This document shows positions 1 to 8,707 of a stretch of 32,000 nt of DNA, in pieces (positions within the stretch are counted from its first letter, which is position 1; each line of letters opens with the position of its first letter). A model generated the notes under the pieces. That model had not been told where the DNA came from and did not search any database. It saw only the letters and a list, made by a program, of their open reading frames with translations. This stretch comes from Hyperthermus butylicus DSM 5456. Its GTDB lineage: Archaea > Thermoproteota > Thermoprotei_A > Sulfolobales > Pyrodictiaceae. Where the stretch lies: the NCBI RefSeq assembly GCF_000015145.1, contig NC_008818.1:780001-812000 (forward strand), read 5' to 3'. Made by a program: the position numbers and the translations under genes.

Positions 1-265
1 GAGGTTTTCCGGGCTCGCGGAGGGTGGGTAGCCTGGAGACGACGATGGAGGGGTTTGCCTTCTCAAGGGTCTCTATGTCTCCAGCTAGCTCGTCGTACAG
101 CTCGGCTGAGACAAAAACTATGGCCACATCCCTCCTAGACTGTAGGCTGCGTAGCACACCACGCGCCTCCTCAGCGTTGCCCACAGGGTAGCCCTCGACG
201 CCAAGCATTCTGAAGGCATAGACTGTATAGGGATCAGCAATGACTATCAGTTTCCTCTCAGCCAA
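1..265 (-). CDS. atpF: A-type (V-type) ATP synthase subunit F, 3' end cut by window edge
   Basis: Not in the ORF track because it runs off the window. Reverse translation from TTG at 265-263 gives (M)AERKLIVIADPYTVYAFRMLGVEGYPVGNAEEARGVLRSLQSRRDVAIVFVSAELYDELAGDIETLEKANPSIVVSRLP... This matches the subunit-F pattern (IxVIGD..TVxGFRLxGV ... VxIIxItE) as I remember it. Confidence 0.8.
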   Translation of the reverse strand, partial: MAERKLIVIADPYTVYAFRMLGVEGYPVGNAEEARGVLRSLQSRRDVAIVFVSAELYDELAGDIETLEKANPSIVVSRLPTLREPGKP

Positions 266-302
266 GACTGGCTCTCCTAGACGGAGCGGCGCTGGGAGCT
301 AG

Positions 303-312
303 TATTTATAAT
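303..312. promoter_or_regulatory. TATA-like box (TATTTATAAT) in the atpF/atpI divergent intergenic region
   Basis: This is the only AT-rich element in the 122-nt divergent spacer. It lies about 40-50 nt from the atpF TTG (265) and about 75 nt from the atpI GTG (388). It could serve either or both directions. Confidence 0.35.
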
Positions 313-387
313 TGCAGCAAGCCTTGAAGCTTTCCAGGCCGGGACCCCATTCAGCCGGGTAAGGCTGCTAATGTCCCCACTAGCTGG

Positions 388-2463
388 GTGGCGGTGTCGG
401 CTATGCAGGCCTCGCTGCTCGTAGCCCAAGCCACCGTCGAGGTCATAGTCGGAGTTCCCCGCGGCGAGTACGCTAGGACTGTTAAGGCTCTGGCTGAGAG
501 CAGTGTATTCCACCCCGAGCCCCTGGAAGGTATTGTTGCCCACGAGGTTAGGAGGCTCCGCAATGAGCTGGAGGCTGTGGCAGAGCGGCTCCGGCAGGCT
601 GCCACTGTCGCCGGTGTTGCTGCCGGCGGAGAGGCTGTGGTGAGGATTAAGAGTAGCAGTGATGCTGGGTTATCGGAGCTGCTACGCGAGCTATCCACGC
701 TAGCGTCAAGCGTGTCTGAACTCGTGGAGAAGCTAGCACAGCTCCAGAACCCCGAATCCGAGCTCTCTAAGAAGCTCCGCATCCTACAGTACTACGCGTT
801 CATAGATGTTGACCTAGAGAGGCTTACTAGAAGCCGCCACGTTAGAGCCAAGGTGTATCGCATACCGCTAGGTTTCGCCGAGGAGTTCATCGCTGAGCTG
901 TCAAGGGTCGAGGGTGTTGTAGTAGCCTACACCGACGGCATTGAGCCAGGCTACATGACTATCGTAGTAGTATACCCTGCCAGGCTCGAAACCGAGGTTG
1001 GCAAGGTTGCGCTACGACACCGCGCCGAGCCCCTAGAGATACCGGAAGACTGGCCACGGATCCCTGCGCGCGCCGTGGAGAGGGCTAGGAGGGAGCTAGA
1101 GGAGCTGCCGCGCCGCATAGGCGAGTACCGGCCACAGATTCTCCGCGCACTAACAGCTGTAGAGGCTGCTGTGAAACTACTCAGGCTACTGGAAGCCACC
1201 AAGTTTACGAGGACCGCAGCCTTCATCCACGGCTACGTTGATCCATCCCAGCTCGACAGGCTAGAGGAACAACTCCAGGACATAGGCGTCAAGGGCTTTG
1301 TGATCCTGGTACGAGAGGAGAGCCACCGCCACGGAAAACCCGGCCACGGCGAGGAGGAGCACGAAGCTAAGAGGACGCCGAGCTTCTACCGGGTAACAAA
1401 GCTGCTAGCACCCTTCGCCGACCTTCTCTCGATGTCTGGGCATCCCCGGCCGGGTGAGGTCGTACCAGTTGTATTGATGGCTATAACGCTCCCAGTAATC
1501 TATGGCCTCATGTTCCCCGACCTGGGCCACGGCCTGGTACTACTACTCGCCGGCTACTACCTGTTCTATAAGAGGATGGGCAACGTCAACCTTGGCAGAC
1601 TGGTAATGTACTTCGGTATCGCCGCAATGGTAACTGGATTCCTGGCTGGTGAGTTCTTCGGCCCCCACCCCGTTGTCGCCGGCTGGCTCTCAGAGGGTAT
1701 ATGGCATGGCCACCCACCGCTTGCTAGCCCCCTCCACGAGTTCGTAACAAAGCCCGCCGAGGAAGCTGCCGAAGCTGCAGTCCCGCTACTGTTCAACGCG
1801 ATATACTTGTCACTGCTCATTGGAGCACTAGTAATGACCGTCTCCTCGCTAATATCGATTGTCAATGGCGTACTGCTTGGCGACCGCGAGGTGCTAGTAG
1901 CGAGTATCGGGAAAACCCTCATCTTCGGCTCGATACTACTAGCATTAACCCTCGGTGCAGCCGCTGGAGCTGGAGCCGCAGTACTAGAGAGAGCTGCTGG
2001 TATACTAGCTGATGCCGGTATGTCCCTCGTGCCAGAAACTACTCTAGGCATGGTGGTTAGGCTGCTCTTCAGCATTGGCCTGCTAACGGTGCTAGTAGCC
2101 CCCATAGTGTTTGGCCATGGTGGCCTCGGCGAAAAGATCATAAACGGTTTGATGGAGGCCTTCGACATGCTACTAATGGCTATAGGCAATACGGCATCAT
2201 TCATGCGAATAATGGGTCTCATGCTGGCCCACAGCGGGCTAATGTTTGGCTTCACCATATTAGCAATGGTGGCTGGCCCCGTGCTGGGAGCAATAACCTA
2301 CATATTCGGCAACATACTGACGATAGGCCTGGAAGCCCTAGTAGCCTATGCGCACTCCCTCAGGCTGCACCTCTACGAAATGTTCAGCAAGTTCTACCTC
2401 GACGAAGGTAGGCCCTACCAGCCCCTCCAGCTGCCAGCAACCGTTAAGATTGAAGCTGCCTAG
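388..2463 (+). CDS. atpI: A-type ATP synthase subunit I (V-ATPase subunit a homologue)
   Basis: 691-aa ORF with a GTG start. The soluble N-terminal half is coiled-coil rich and the C-terminal half is polytopic membrane. It ends with AHSLRLHLYEMFSKFY, which contains the conserved stator Arg region of subunit a/I. Confidence 0.9.
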   Translation: MAVSAMQASLLVAQATVEVIVGVPRGEYARTVKALAESSVFHPEPLEGIVAHEVRRLRNELEAVAERLRQAATVAGVAAGGEAVVRIKSSSDAGLSELLRELSTLASSVSELVEKLAQLQNPESELSKKLRILQYYAFIDVDLERLTRSRHVRAKVYRIPLGFAEEFIAELSRVEGVVVAYTDGIEPGYMTIVVVYPARLETEVGKVALRHRAEPLEIPEDWPRIPARAVERARRELEELPRRIGEYRPQILRALTAVEAAVKLLRLLEATKFTRTAAFIHGYVDPSQLDRLEEQLQDIGVKGFVILVREESHRHGKPGHGEEEHEAKRTPSFYRVTKLLAPFADLLSMSGHPRPGEVVPVVLMAITLPVIYGLMFPDLGHGLVLLLAGYYLFYKRMGNVNLGRLVMYFGIAAMVTGFLAGEFFGPHPVVAGWLSEGIWHGHPPLASPLHEFVTKPAEEAAEAAVPLLFNAIYLSLLIGALVMTVSSLISIVNGVLLGDREVLVASIGKTLIFGSILLALTLGAAAGAGAAVLERAAGILADAGMSLVPETTLGMVVRLLFSIGLLTVLVAPIVFGHGGLGEKIINGLMEAFDMLLMAIGNTASFMRIMGLMLAHSGLMFGFTILAMVAGPVLGAITYIFGNILTIGLEALVAYAHSLRLHLYEMFSKFYLDEGRPYQPLQLPATVKIEAA

Positions 2464-2800
2464 CGCCAGGGTACACGAGGACCCATACTCTTTTAGCATC
2501 AAACTTCTCCTTACACAGTACCTCCCACACTACGCTACACGCGCCAAGGTTGGCGACGAGCCTTCACCCCAATGGTTAGGCCACCACCCTACCTTCACCG
2601 GCAACCATTCGCTCATCCTTAACGCTTGCCACTCCGAATCCGGCTAGTCCCACAATATCCTCTAGAGGACAATGCTGTATAAGTTCGATACTACCGCTGG
2701 CACTCTATGGAAGCCGCCAAGAGCCTCCATGGCGAGTGCGATGTGTAGGGTATCCTTTTAGCCGCGATGAGGCTTGGCTACGTGCCGGGCTGGCAGCGGC

Positions 2801-3796
2801 ATGCCCCTCATAGACTATAGGCAAGCCGCACGTGTCGCAGAGGTTTTCAAACCGATTGTCAAGTCCTATGCATCGAGCCCGGATACTTTTACCGATCCAC
2901 GCTTCTACCCTGAACCTAGCGCTGATAGTGAGACTGTAGCATTGTACTTCCTGGTAATGGTTGCTATGGATCACCGGCTCTCCAGACCCGGGAGGCCCTA
3001 CGAGGCTGTCATCGATGGCGAAAAGTTTCACGGTGCAGACCTCCTCTACCGGCTTGGCATGCTGAAGCTTGAGCGTGACCCAGACTTCTTCACCGCCGAT
3101 AGGCTCGAGAGGATCACCCCGGAAGAGGTCCGTGCATGGCTCTGCGTAGGCTCGGTATGCCCACCAGATCCCGCGTTGAGAGCTAGCCTTCTCCGCGACC
3201 TTGGCCGCAAGCTCAGGCTACTATACGGTGGTAGTGCGCTTAGACTCCTAGAAGAGTCCAGGGGGCTTCTCCATAGCTGGGACCCGGATTCTCCAGGCTT
3301 TGTCGAGAGGCTACGTGTCTTTGAAGCCTATGGCGACCCGGTGGAGAAGAAGGCTATGCTCCTGGCGAAGTTCCTGGAGAGAAGGGGGCTCCTGAGAATC
3401 CGTGATCCATGGAATAAGCGGGTACCTGTAGATAACCATGTGGTAAGAATTGCACTGAGGCTTGGACTTGTAGTACTTGAAGAACCCCTTCGCATCAAGG
3501 CTGAAAGGAAGGAAGACTTCACGCCATGGGAGGATATAGCTGTGAGAATAGCTGTGCGCGAAGCCTGGCACTATGTTGCCACGCGGACGGAAGTAGATGA
3601 CTTCCTACTAGACGACATCCTCTGGACTATGGGGCGTAAAGTCTGCATACATGGTAGACCGAAATGCAGCAACTGCCAGAGCCACATCATCTGTAGAGGA
3701 GGGAGCCGCTGCCTACTAGCTGGCATATGCCCTGTTGGTCTTGGAGCTGCAGAGGCTATTGACGAGCCAGTATTCTACGACACATGGTGGTACTAA
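2801..3796 (+). CDS. HhH-GPD / queuosine-salvage-like glycosylase-fold protein with an EndoIII-type 4Fe-4S cluster loop
   Basis: The ORF is open from TTG 2774. ATG 2801 is preferred because a TATA-like CCTTTTAG at about 2754-2761 is too close to 2774. It has VDNHVVRIALRLGLV (compare VDTHVxRVxxRLGL of EndoIII) and LWTMGRKVCIHGRPKCSNCQSHIIC. The latter is an exact C-x6-C-x2-C-x5-C motif at nt 3644-3694. Confidence 0.7.
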   Translation: MPLIDYRQAARVAEVFKPIVKSYASSPDTFTDPRFYPEPSADSETVALYFLVMVAMDHRLSRPGRPYEAVIDGEKFHGADLLYRLGMLKLERDPDFFTADRLERITPEEVRAWLCVGSVCPPDPALRASLLRDLGRKLRLLYGGSALRLLEESRGLLHSWDPDSPGFVERLRVFEAYGDPVEKKAMLLAKFLERRGLLRIRDPWNKRVPVDNHVVRIALRLGLVVLEEPLRIKAERKEDFTPWEDIAVRIAVREAWHYVATRTEVDDFLLDDILWTMGRKVCIHGRPKCSNCQSHIICRGGSRCLLAGICPVGLGAAEAIDEPVFYDTWWY

Positions 3797-3927
3797 CAAG
3801 CGCATGGTGTGCTACAGCAATGCCATCCACACCTAAATGCTGCAAGTGTCAATGCTAACTGTTACCCCGCTAGTATTATCGTCCGCCTAAATACGGTAGA
3901 TGTATCGTCCCTAGAGGCGAGTAGACG

Positions 3928-5139
3928 ATGAGCCCCGCTAGTCCCATCCAAGGGTTTGTTGCTGCCTACGTTTTACTGGTAGCTGCGCTGCTTGCTAGGT
4001 TGGGAGCTGTTGAGTCCATAGCTCTGCTGATAGCATCCTATACAGTCTTTACCTGGAGTTGGCGCGAGCTAGCGGGTTCGCTAGCAACTATAGCTACTAG
4101 CTGGAATGACTTACGTGTCTTTGTATTCATATTTGAGAGCATACTACTAGCAGGTCTGCTGAAGGAGAAGCAGGTTCTAGACAAGCTAGTGAATTCGATG
4201 GGCATACTGGGCTGCCGGTTTAGCTTTGCAGCTGTACCAGCTGTTGTAGGCCTCCTACCAATGCCTGGAGGTGCCCTCGTATCAGCCATAGCTATGAGGA
4301 AGAGGTACCTCGAAGAGGCACGTCTTAGCCCCGAGGCAGCCACCTATATCAACTACTGGTTTCGCCATGTCTGGGTTCCGAGTTGGCCCCTCTTCCAAAG
4401 TGCAGTCATAACAGCTACTATATTCGCTGTAGACCCCGTCGAACTTGTAAGACATACTTGGCCCGCGTCGATAGCAGCTATAGCTGCGGGAGGCCTCATA
4501 GCTTATATTATTACGAGGCACGCGTCATGTCCACGCAGCAGAGCGAGGATACAAGATCTAGTTGCCAGCATTTCACCATTCCTAGCAATAGCTCTTCTAG
4601 TGTTTAGCCTAGGCATCCCTCTCCTCTTGAGCCTAACCCTAGTTCTTGCAGCAACAATCACAGTACTAAGGCCTAACAGGAAGGAGTTCATGGCAGCATT
4701 AAAGCTCGCTACGAAGCCGAGAATACATGCAGTGCTTCTTGAAGCACTCATGTTCAAGAATTTGCTTCTAGCAACTAACGCGCCAGGCGAGCTACTTAGC
4801 ATGCTCTTAGAGAGGGAGCTGCCTATTGAGGCTATAGTTTACCTGCTTCCGTTCATAGTCGGGCTTAGTGCTGGTGGCGAAAACTTCTTTGCAGCTGTAG
4901 CGATGCCTCTACTAGCCTCAGTAATAGCAAGTAGCGGAGCTATAGACTGGAAGCTGATGATTATAGCCTATACTGGGGGCCACATGGGTGTAATGGCTAG
5001 CCCTGTACACCTATGCCTTGCACTGACAGTGGAGTACTACGAGGCAAAGCTGGGGAAGACATTGGCGTATACGCTAGCATCAATAGCCGTTGCAACCGCG
5101 TTACTAGCAGCAATACTAGCCCTAACTCGACTATATTGA
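3928..5139 (+). CDS. polytopic integral membrane protein, probable permease (DUF401-like; family uncertain)
   Basis: 403-aa ORF, hydrophobic throughout with roughly 10-12 predicted TM segments. A TATA-like CCTAAATA lies about 40 nt upstream. The family assignment is from memory only. Confidence 0.75.
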   Translation: MSPASPIQGFVAAYVLLVAALLARLGAVESIALLIASYTVFTWSWRELAGSLATIATSWNDLRVFVFIFESILLAGLLKEKQVLDKLVNSMGILGCRFSFAAVPAVVGLLPMPGGALVSAIAMRKRYLEEARLSPEAATYINYWFRHVWVPSWPLFQSAVITATIFAVDPVELVRHTWPASIAAIAAGGLIAYIITRHASCPRSRARIQDLVASISPFLAIALLVFSLGIPLLLSLTLVLAATITVLRPNRKEFMAALKLATKPRIHAVLLEALMFKNLLLATNAPGELLSMLLERELPIEAIVYLLPFIVGLSAGGENFFAAVAMPLLASVIASSGAIDWKLMIIAYTGGHMGVMASPVHLCLALTVEYYEAKLGKTLAYTLASIAVATALLAAILALTRLY

Positions 5140-5180
5140 GAAAGGATCTATCTCTTCCATAGCTGCTGATTGTGCTAGAG

Positions 5181-6335
5181 TTAGTTTTGCGGCTTTGTTA
5201 CCACAATTCTCCTGGCTCGGAGCGCTTGCATCATAGCGATAGTTGTTAGTATAGCTATAGCTCCGTAGGCTGCTGTGTAGCCATAGCTTCCAGCTATCTT
5301 TGATACTACGAAGAGGCCTAGCGCTCCTCCGAGATCGAAGCCTAGGACGTATACTCCTATAGCACGGTTGCCTAGGCTTGGCGGCACGCTGGTGCTCGCC
5401 AGTAGCTGGTGGCCCGGTATACATAGTCCGGAGCCAAAACCATAGAGTGGTGCTGCTAGATAGGCTAGATAGGAGCCCATACCAGCCACGAGGACCGTAA
5501 AGCTGATTGTTTCAAGAATGTAGCCTATTGTGAGCAAGAGCCAGGCGGGATATCGGGAGTACAGTCTACCTGATGAGAGTCTAGAGATGAATGCCGTAGC
5601 TGCTAGGAGTGCCTGGTACATACCGTAGGCCGTTGCGGAATAGCCTGCGTCGCGGAAGTGCATCTGCACTATCGAGGCCATCGTGAAGAATGCTACGCCA
5701 TCTACGAGGGCTAGGCTTGTGGCGAGTAACAGTACAGGGTTCTCCACGAGAAGACTCCACGCGCTTACCCTTCTCTCGCCACCGCTGCTGCCTTGGACGC
5801 GTAGGCTTGGAAGACTCGTAGAGATTGCTGCGCCAACCAGAGCTACCAGGCTTGCAGCGGTAAACGCTGCATAGTAGCCCACATTGTCTACAAGTATGCC
5901 GGCTGTTACCGGGCCTGCTACGGTTGCAGCATTCAGCGTTGCCGACCTGTATGCTATGCCATGAGCTGCCCTGCCCTCCGAGAACACAACGGCAGCATAT
6001 ATTGAGGGGCCTATGAAGAACGCGTTCGCGATACCCTGCAGCATCCTCACTGCTAGAAAGTCCGTGAGGCTTTTCGCCCTGGCCGCGAGTACCGCTGCCA
6101 CCGCGCCAGTCGCAACACCAAGAGCTAGGAGCGGCTTTGCACCGTAGCGGTCTGCTAGGCTTCCAACCGGCAGCCTGAGCGCCGCAGCTACAAGCGGCGT
6201 TATCGCTATGATCCAGCCGGATACGGTAACACTAAGACCTGTATCCCTCATATAGCGGGCTATTACCGAGTTAAGCATACTCACTGCCATGAAGTGGGAG
6301 AATACCAGCACCAGTAACAGGTAGAGCCTACGCAA
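5181..6335 (-). CDS. MFS transporter
   Basis: 384 aa with about 12 TM segments. The loop 2-3 motif LRLPVGSLADRYGAKPLL is typical of the major facilitator superfamily. Confidence 0.85.
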   Translation of the reverse strand: MRRLYLLLVLVFSHFMAVSMLNSVIARYMRDTGLSVTVSGWIIAITPLVAAALRLPVGSLADRYGAKPLLALGVATGAVAAVLAARAKSLTDFLAVRMLQGIANAFFIGPSIYAAVVFSEGRAAHGIAYRSATLNAATVAGPVTAGILVDNVGYYAAFTAASLVALVGAAISTSLPSLRVQGSSGGERRVSAWSLLVENPVLLLATSLALVDGVAFFTMASIVQMHFRDAGYSATAYGMYQALLAATAFISRLSSGRLYSRYPAWLLLTIGYILETISFTVLVAGMGSYLAYLAAPLYGFGSGLCIPGHQLLASTSVPPSLGNRAIGVYVLGFDLGGALGLFVVSKIAGSYGYTAAYGAIAILTTIAMMQALRARRIVVTKPQN

Positions 6336-6395
6336 CAGCCTAACCCTAGGGGAAGCACACCCTCCTCCGGAACCAGCTTATGGGATTAGTGTTAG

Positions 6396-7037
6396 CTAGT
6401 GTCCAATACGTACACGCCGCAAAACCTCCGCCATGAGGCTAGCCTCAGCTAGCTCCTCAAGAACCTCAAGTCTATCCACAGCCTCGTAGATGGCCTGCCT
6501 GGGATCGTCGGATACGCCTACAGCTACCGCTCCATGCTTCTCGAGGATGGCTACGTTGCAATCCTTGAGCGCCGAGGCTACAGCTTCTGCGAGCTGCTCA
6601 GAGCCGGGCTCGTATGCACCAACCCTACCCACGCAGCCCCCAAGGTAGTACTTGGCCTCGACGCCTAGGAGATTTGGGTCCAACTCGACGCCGAGTGCTG
6701 CAGCGAGAACCGCCCGGGTGTTATGAGCGTGGACAACTGCCCTTACATTGCTGCGGCTGCGGTAGACTGCTAGGTGCATACGGTACTCGATGCTAGGCTT
6801 TCCCTCGTAAACCGTGCCGTCAAGCCCTATGACTGCTATATCCTCGGGGCTGAGTAGCGGCTTAACCGCCCCACTAGGCGTTATATAGATGAACGTAGTG
6901 CCGTCGGGCAACGTAACCCTTACACTTGCATTACCTCCAAGCAGGTTTACGAGCCCACGGTCATGCAGGATCCTCATAGCTTCAACAAGTGCCCTACGCA
7001 CCTCAAGCCCTATAGGCCTATCCAACACCGACTCCAC
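6396..7037 (-). CDS. class II aldolase/adducin-family protein (fuculose-1-phosphate aldolase / MtnB-like)
   Basis: 213 aa. It has GNASVR, VHAHNTRAV and LEKHGAVAVG, the metal-binding His and nucleophile-region motifs of class II aldolases. Confidence 0.85.
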   Translation of the reverse strand: MESVLDRPIGLEVRRALVEAMRILHDRGLVNLLGGNASVRVTLPDGTTFIYITPSGAVKPLLSPEDIAVIGLDGTVYEGKPSIEYRMHLAVYRSRSNVRAVVHAHNTRAVLAAALGVELDPNLLGVEAKYYLGGCVGRVGAYEPGSEQLAEAVASALKDCNVAILEKHGAVAVGVSDDPRQAIYEAVDRLEVLEELAEASLMAEVLRRVRIGH

Positions 7038-7134
7038 CCACCAGGCAGCAACACGCTGGGAAGGCCCCTTCTAAAGACTAGCCGATTATCTAGAGCCCCG
7101 CCGAAACAACACCATAAGCAACGTAGGAGTACTC

Positions 7135-7258
7135 GGTAATACTGGGGGCAAGACTCCAGTATTACCCTGTCCACCCTTCAAACCGCTAGTAGTACAGCAC
7201 CGTCCCCCCTCCTTGACGGGTTGTAGGGTCTTATCGGACCCACCGGAGTCCTACTAGC
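7135..7258. other. candidate structured RNA / nested inverted repeats in an intergenic region
   Basis: Perfect 11-bp hairpin: GGTAATACTGG at 7135-7145 pairs with CCAGTATTACC at 7156-7166, with a 10-nt loop. A 74-nt module follows: GCTAGTAG (7185-7192) pairs with CTACTAGC (7251-7258) and encloses two 5-bp hairpins (7200-7204/7215-7219 and 7226-7230/7237-7241). No ORF covers it and the strand is unknown. Confidence 0.3.
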
Positions 7259-7311
7259 ACTTCTGCATAAGCCTACGGGGTGAATAGTTACAGAGACCCC
7301 GGTGCCCCCTC

Positions 7312-7629
7312 GTGCCAATCGTGTATAGGTGTAGGAACTGCGGGTTCATCCTCCACGTATTCGTGAAGGTTGGCCAGAACAGCTACGGTGTGCCCACGCC
7401 AAGCGAGCTAGCCTCATGGTATGGTGGTATTTGCCCCATGTGCGGCCATCCCCTTGGAAGGCCAGGGCTTGACGACATAGTGGTTAAGCCGAATGGCATG
7501 GAGGAGCTGAAGTACGTGCTTGAGGAGGCGAGACTGAGGATGAAGATAAGCTTTAGGAGTATTGAGAAGATACTAAGCCAAATCTCGGTACCCCGCTCCA
7601 CAGTCTCAGAAACCGAGGCCGTCGCGTAA
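7312..7629 (+). CDS. small zinc-ribbon protein (CxxC...CxxC), function unknown
   Basis: 105 aa with a GTG start. YRCRNCGF...GICPMCGH forms a 4-Cys ribbon, followed by a helical charged C-terminus. Confidence 0.65.
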   Translation: MPIVYRCRNCGFILHVFVKVGQNSYGVPTPSELASWYGGICPMCGHPLGRPGLDDIVVKPNGMEELKYVLEEARLRMKISFRSIEKILSQISVPRSTVSETEAVA

Positions 7630-7726
7630 GCCGCCTAGAAGGGCTCAGGCGGGATCGAGGCTCCGCATCCCCCTATCCCTGGGGCTCGGTGCAGGCTACA
7701 TTCATCAGAGCCCCTCGCTAAGGCTC

Positions 7727-8707
7727 CTACATGTTTTTGAAGTTGTCCCAGCCTCTTACGGAGAGTGTTCTCCCCCTATACGTTATCCCCTGTGGGCCCT
7801 CCCTAAGCCTACCTATTCTCGCCACAGCAAGGCCCAGCGTTGCAGCCCTCTCCTCAACTAGTTTTTCGCATCCACCCCGCACAGCGAAGATTACCTCATA
7901 CTCCTGACCGCCGTAGAGCGCGAGCTCCAAGGGGTCCACACCATACTCCTCGGCGTAGCGTAGCGCCTCCGGTTCTACCGGTATATTCTCAAGCTCTACC
8001 AGCGCATGTGCAGCTTCTGCTATTTTACCGAGGCTATAGGCGAGCCCATCGCTAGAATCTGTGGCTGCTGTTATGCAGCCAGTGCCTGCAAGTTCTACGA
8101 ATTCTAGCCGGGCCCTGGGCCTGGCGAACTCGCTGAAGGCCCTCGGATAAGCCTCCATGGCTTCTCGCCAGCGGCCCTTGGCGAGCGAGTCGAGGACGAG
8201 CCCCGCGAGGCCTATGCGTCCGGTAGTCACATAGACTGTGTCTCCCGGAGAGGCTTGCAGCCCTACGGGCTTCTCGGCGAGCCCTACTGCGGCGACGTCT
8301 ATCCAGCCACAGTTGCTGCAGCTGTTGGTGTCTCCGCCAAGGAGCCAGGCGCCATGAGCTTGCGCCGCCTCAGCTGCCCCCCGCACTATGCCTTTGAGGG
8401 TCTCAATATCCTCGCCCGGGTCCAGGCCTAGGGAGACAGCGAAAGCTAGCGGCTTAGCCCCCTTGGCTACTAGGTCGCTCGCTGCAGCAGCAACAGCCTG
8501 CCAGCCAATATCGGCTGGCTCCATCCAGGGCGCCCATAGCGAGGCCAGACTACCACCATCAATCTTGAGTATGAGGTTTTGGAAACCACCGCCTACACAC
8601 GCAGCATCGTCGCCAGGCCCTAGGCTCGGGCAACGCCACTGCCCAGCAAGTATTTCTTCTATGAGTCTTTTCACCGCCTCGTGTTCACCAAGCTCGCTGA
8701 GCTTCAA
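7727..8707 (-). CDS. thiL: thiamine-monophosphate kinase (AIR-synthase-related fold)
   Basis: The ORF is open to 8794. TTG at 8707-8705 gives (M)KLSELGEHEAVKRLIE, the usual ThiL N-terminus, and forms a TTGA overlap with the upstream stop. It has the GPGDDAACV motif and DSSDGLAYSL. GTG 8722 is an alternative start. Confidence 0.85.
   Translation of the reverse strand: MKLSELGEHEAVKRLIEEILAGQWRCPSLGPGDDAACVGGGFQNLILKIDGGSLASLWAPWMEPADIGWQAVAAAASDLVAKGAKPLAFAVSLGLDPGEDIETLKGIVRGAAEAAQAHGAWLLGGDTNSCSNCGWIDVAAVGLAEKPVGLQASPGDTVYVTTGRIGLAGLVLDSLAKGRWREAMEAYPRAFSEFARPRARLEFVELAGTGCITAATDSSDGLAYSLGKIAEAAHALVELENIPVEPEALRYAEEYGVDPLELALYGGQEYEVIFAVRGGCEKLVEERAATLGLAVARIGRLREGPQGITYRGRTLSVRGWDNFKNM

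Noticed and set aside
351-2258. Long antisense ORFs inside atpI (351-782, 951-1226 and 1566-2258, all minus strand)
   Set aside because: They lie wholly within a gene with a strong family signature. Their products are low-complexity Ser/Ala/Pro/Arg-rich, typical of shadow frames in high-GC coding DNA.
7185-7258. 74-nt stem-enclosed module tested as a tRNA
   Set aside because: The length is tRNA-like, but on either strand there are only two internal hairpins, with loops of 10 and 6 nt. There is no T-loop (GTTCRAnYC), no U8 or D-arm pairing, and no 7-nt anticodon loop.
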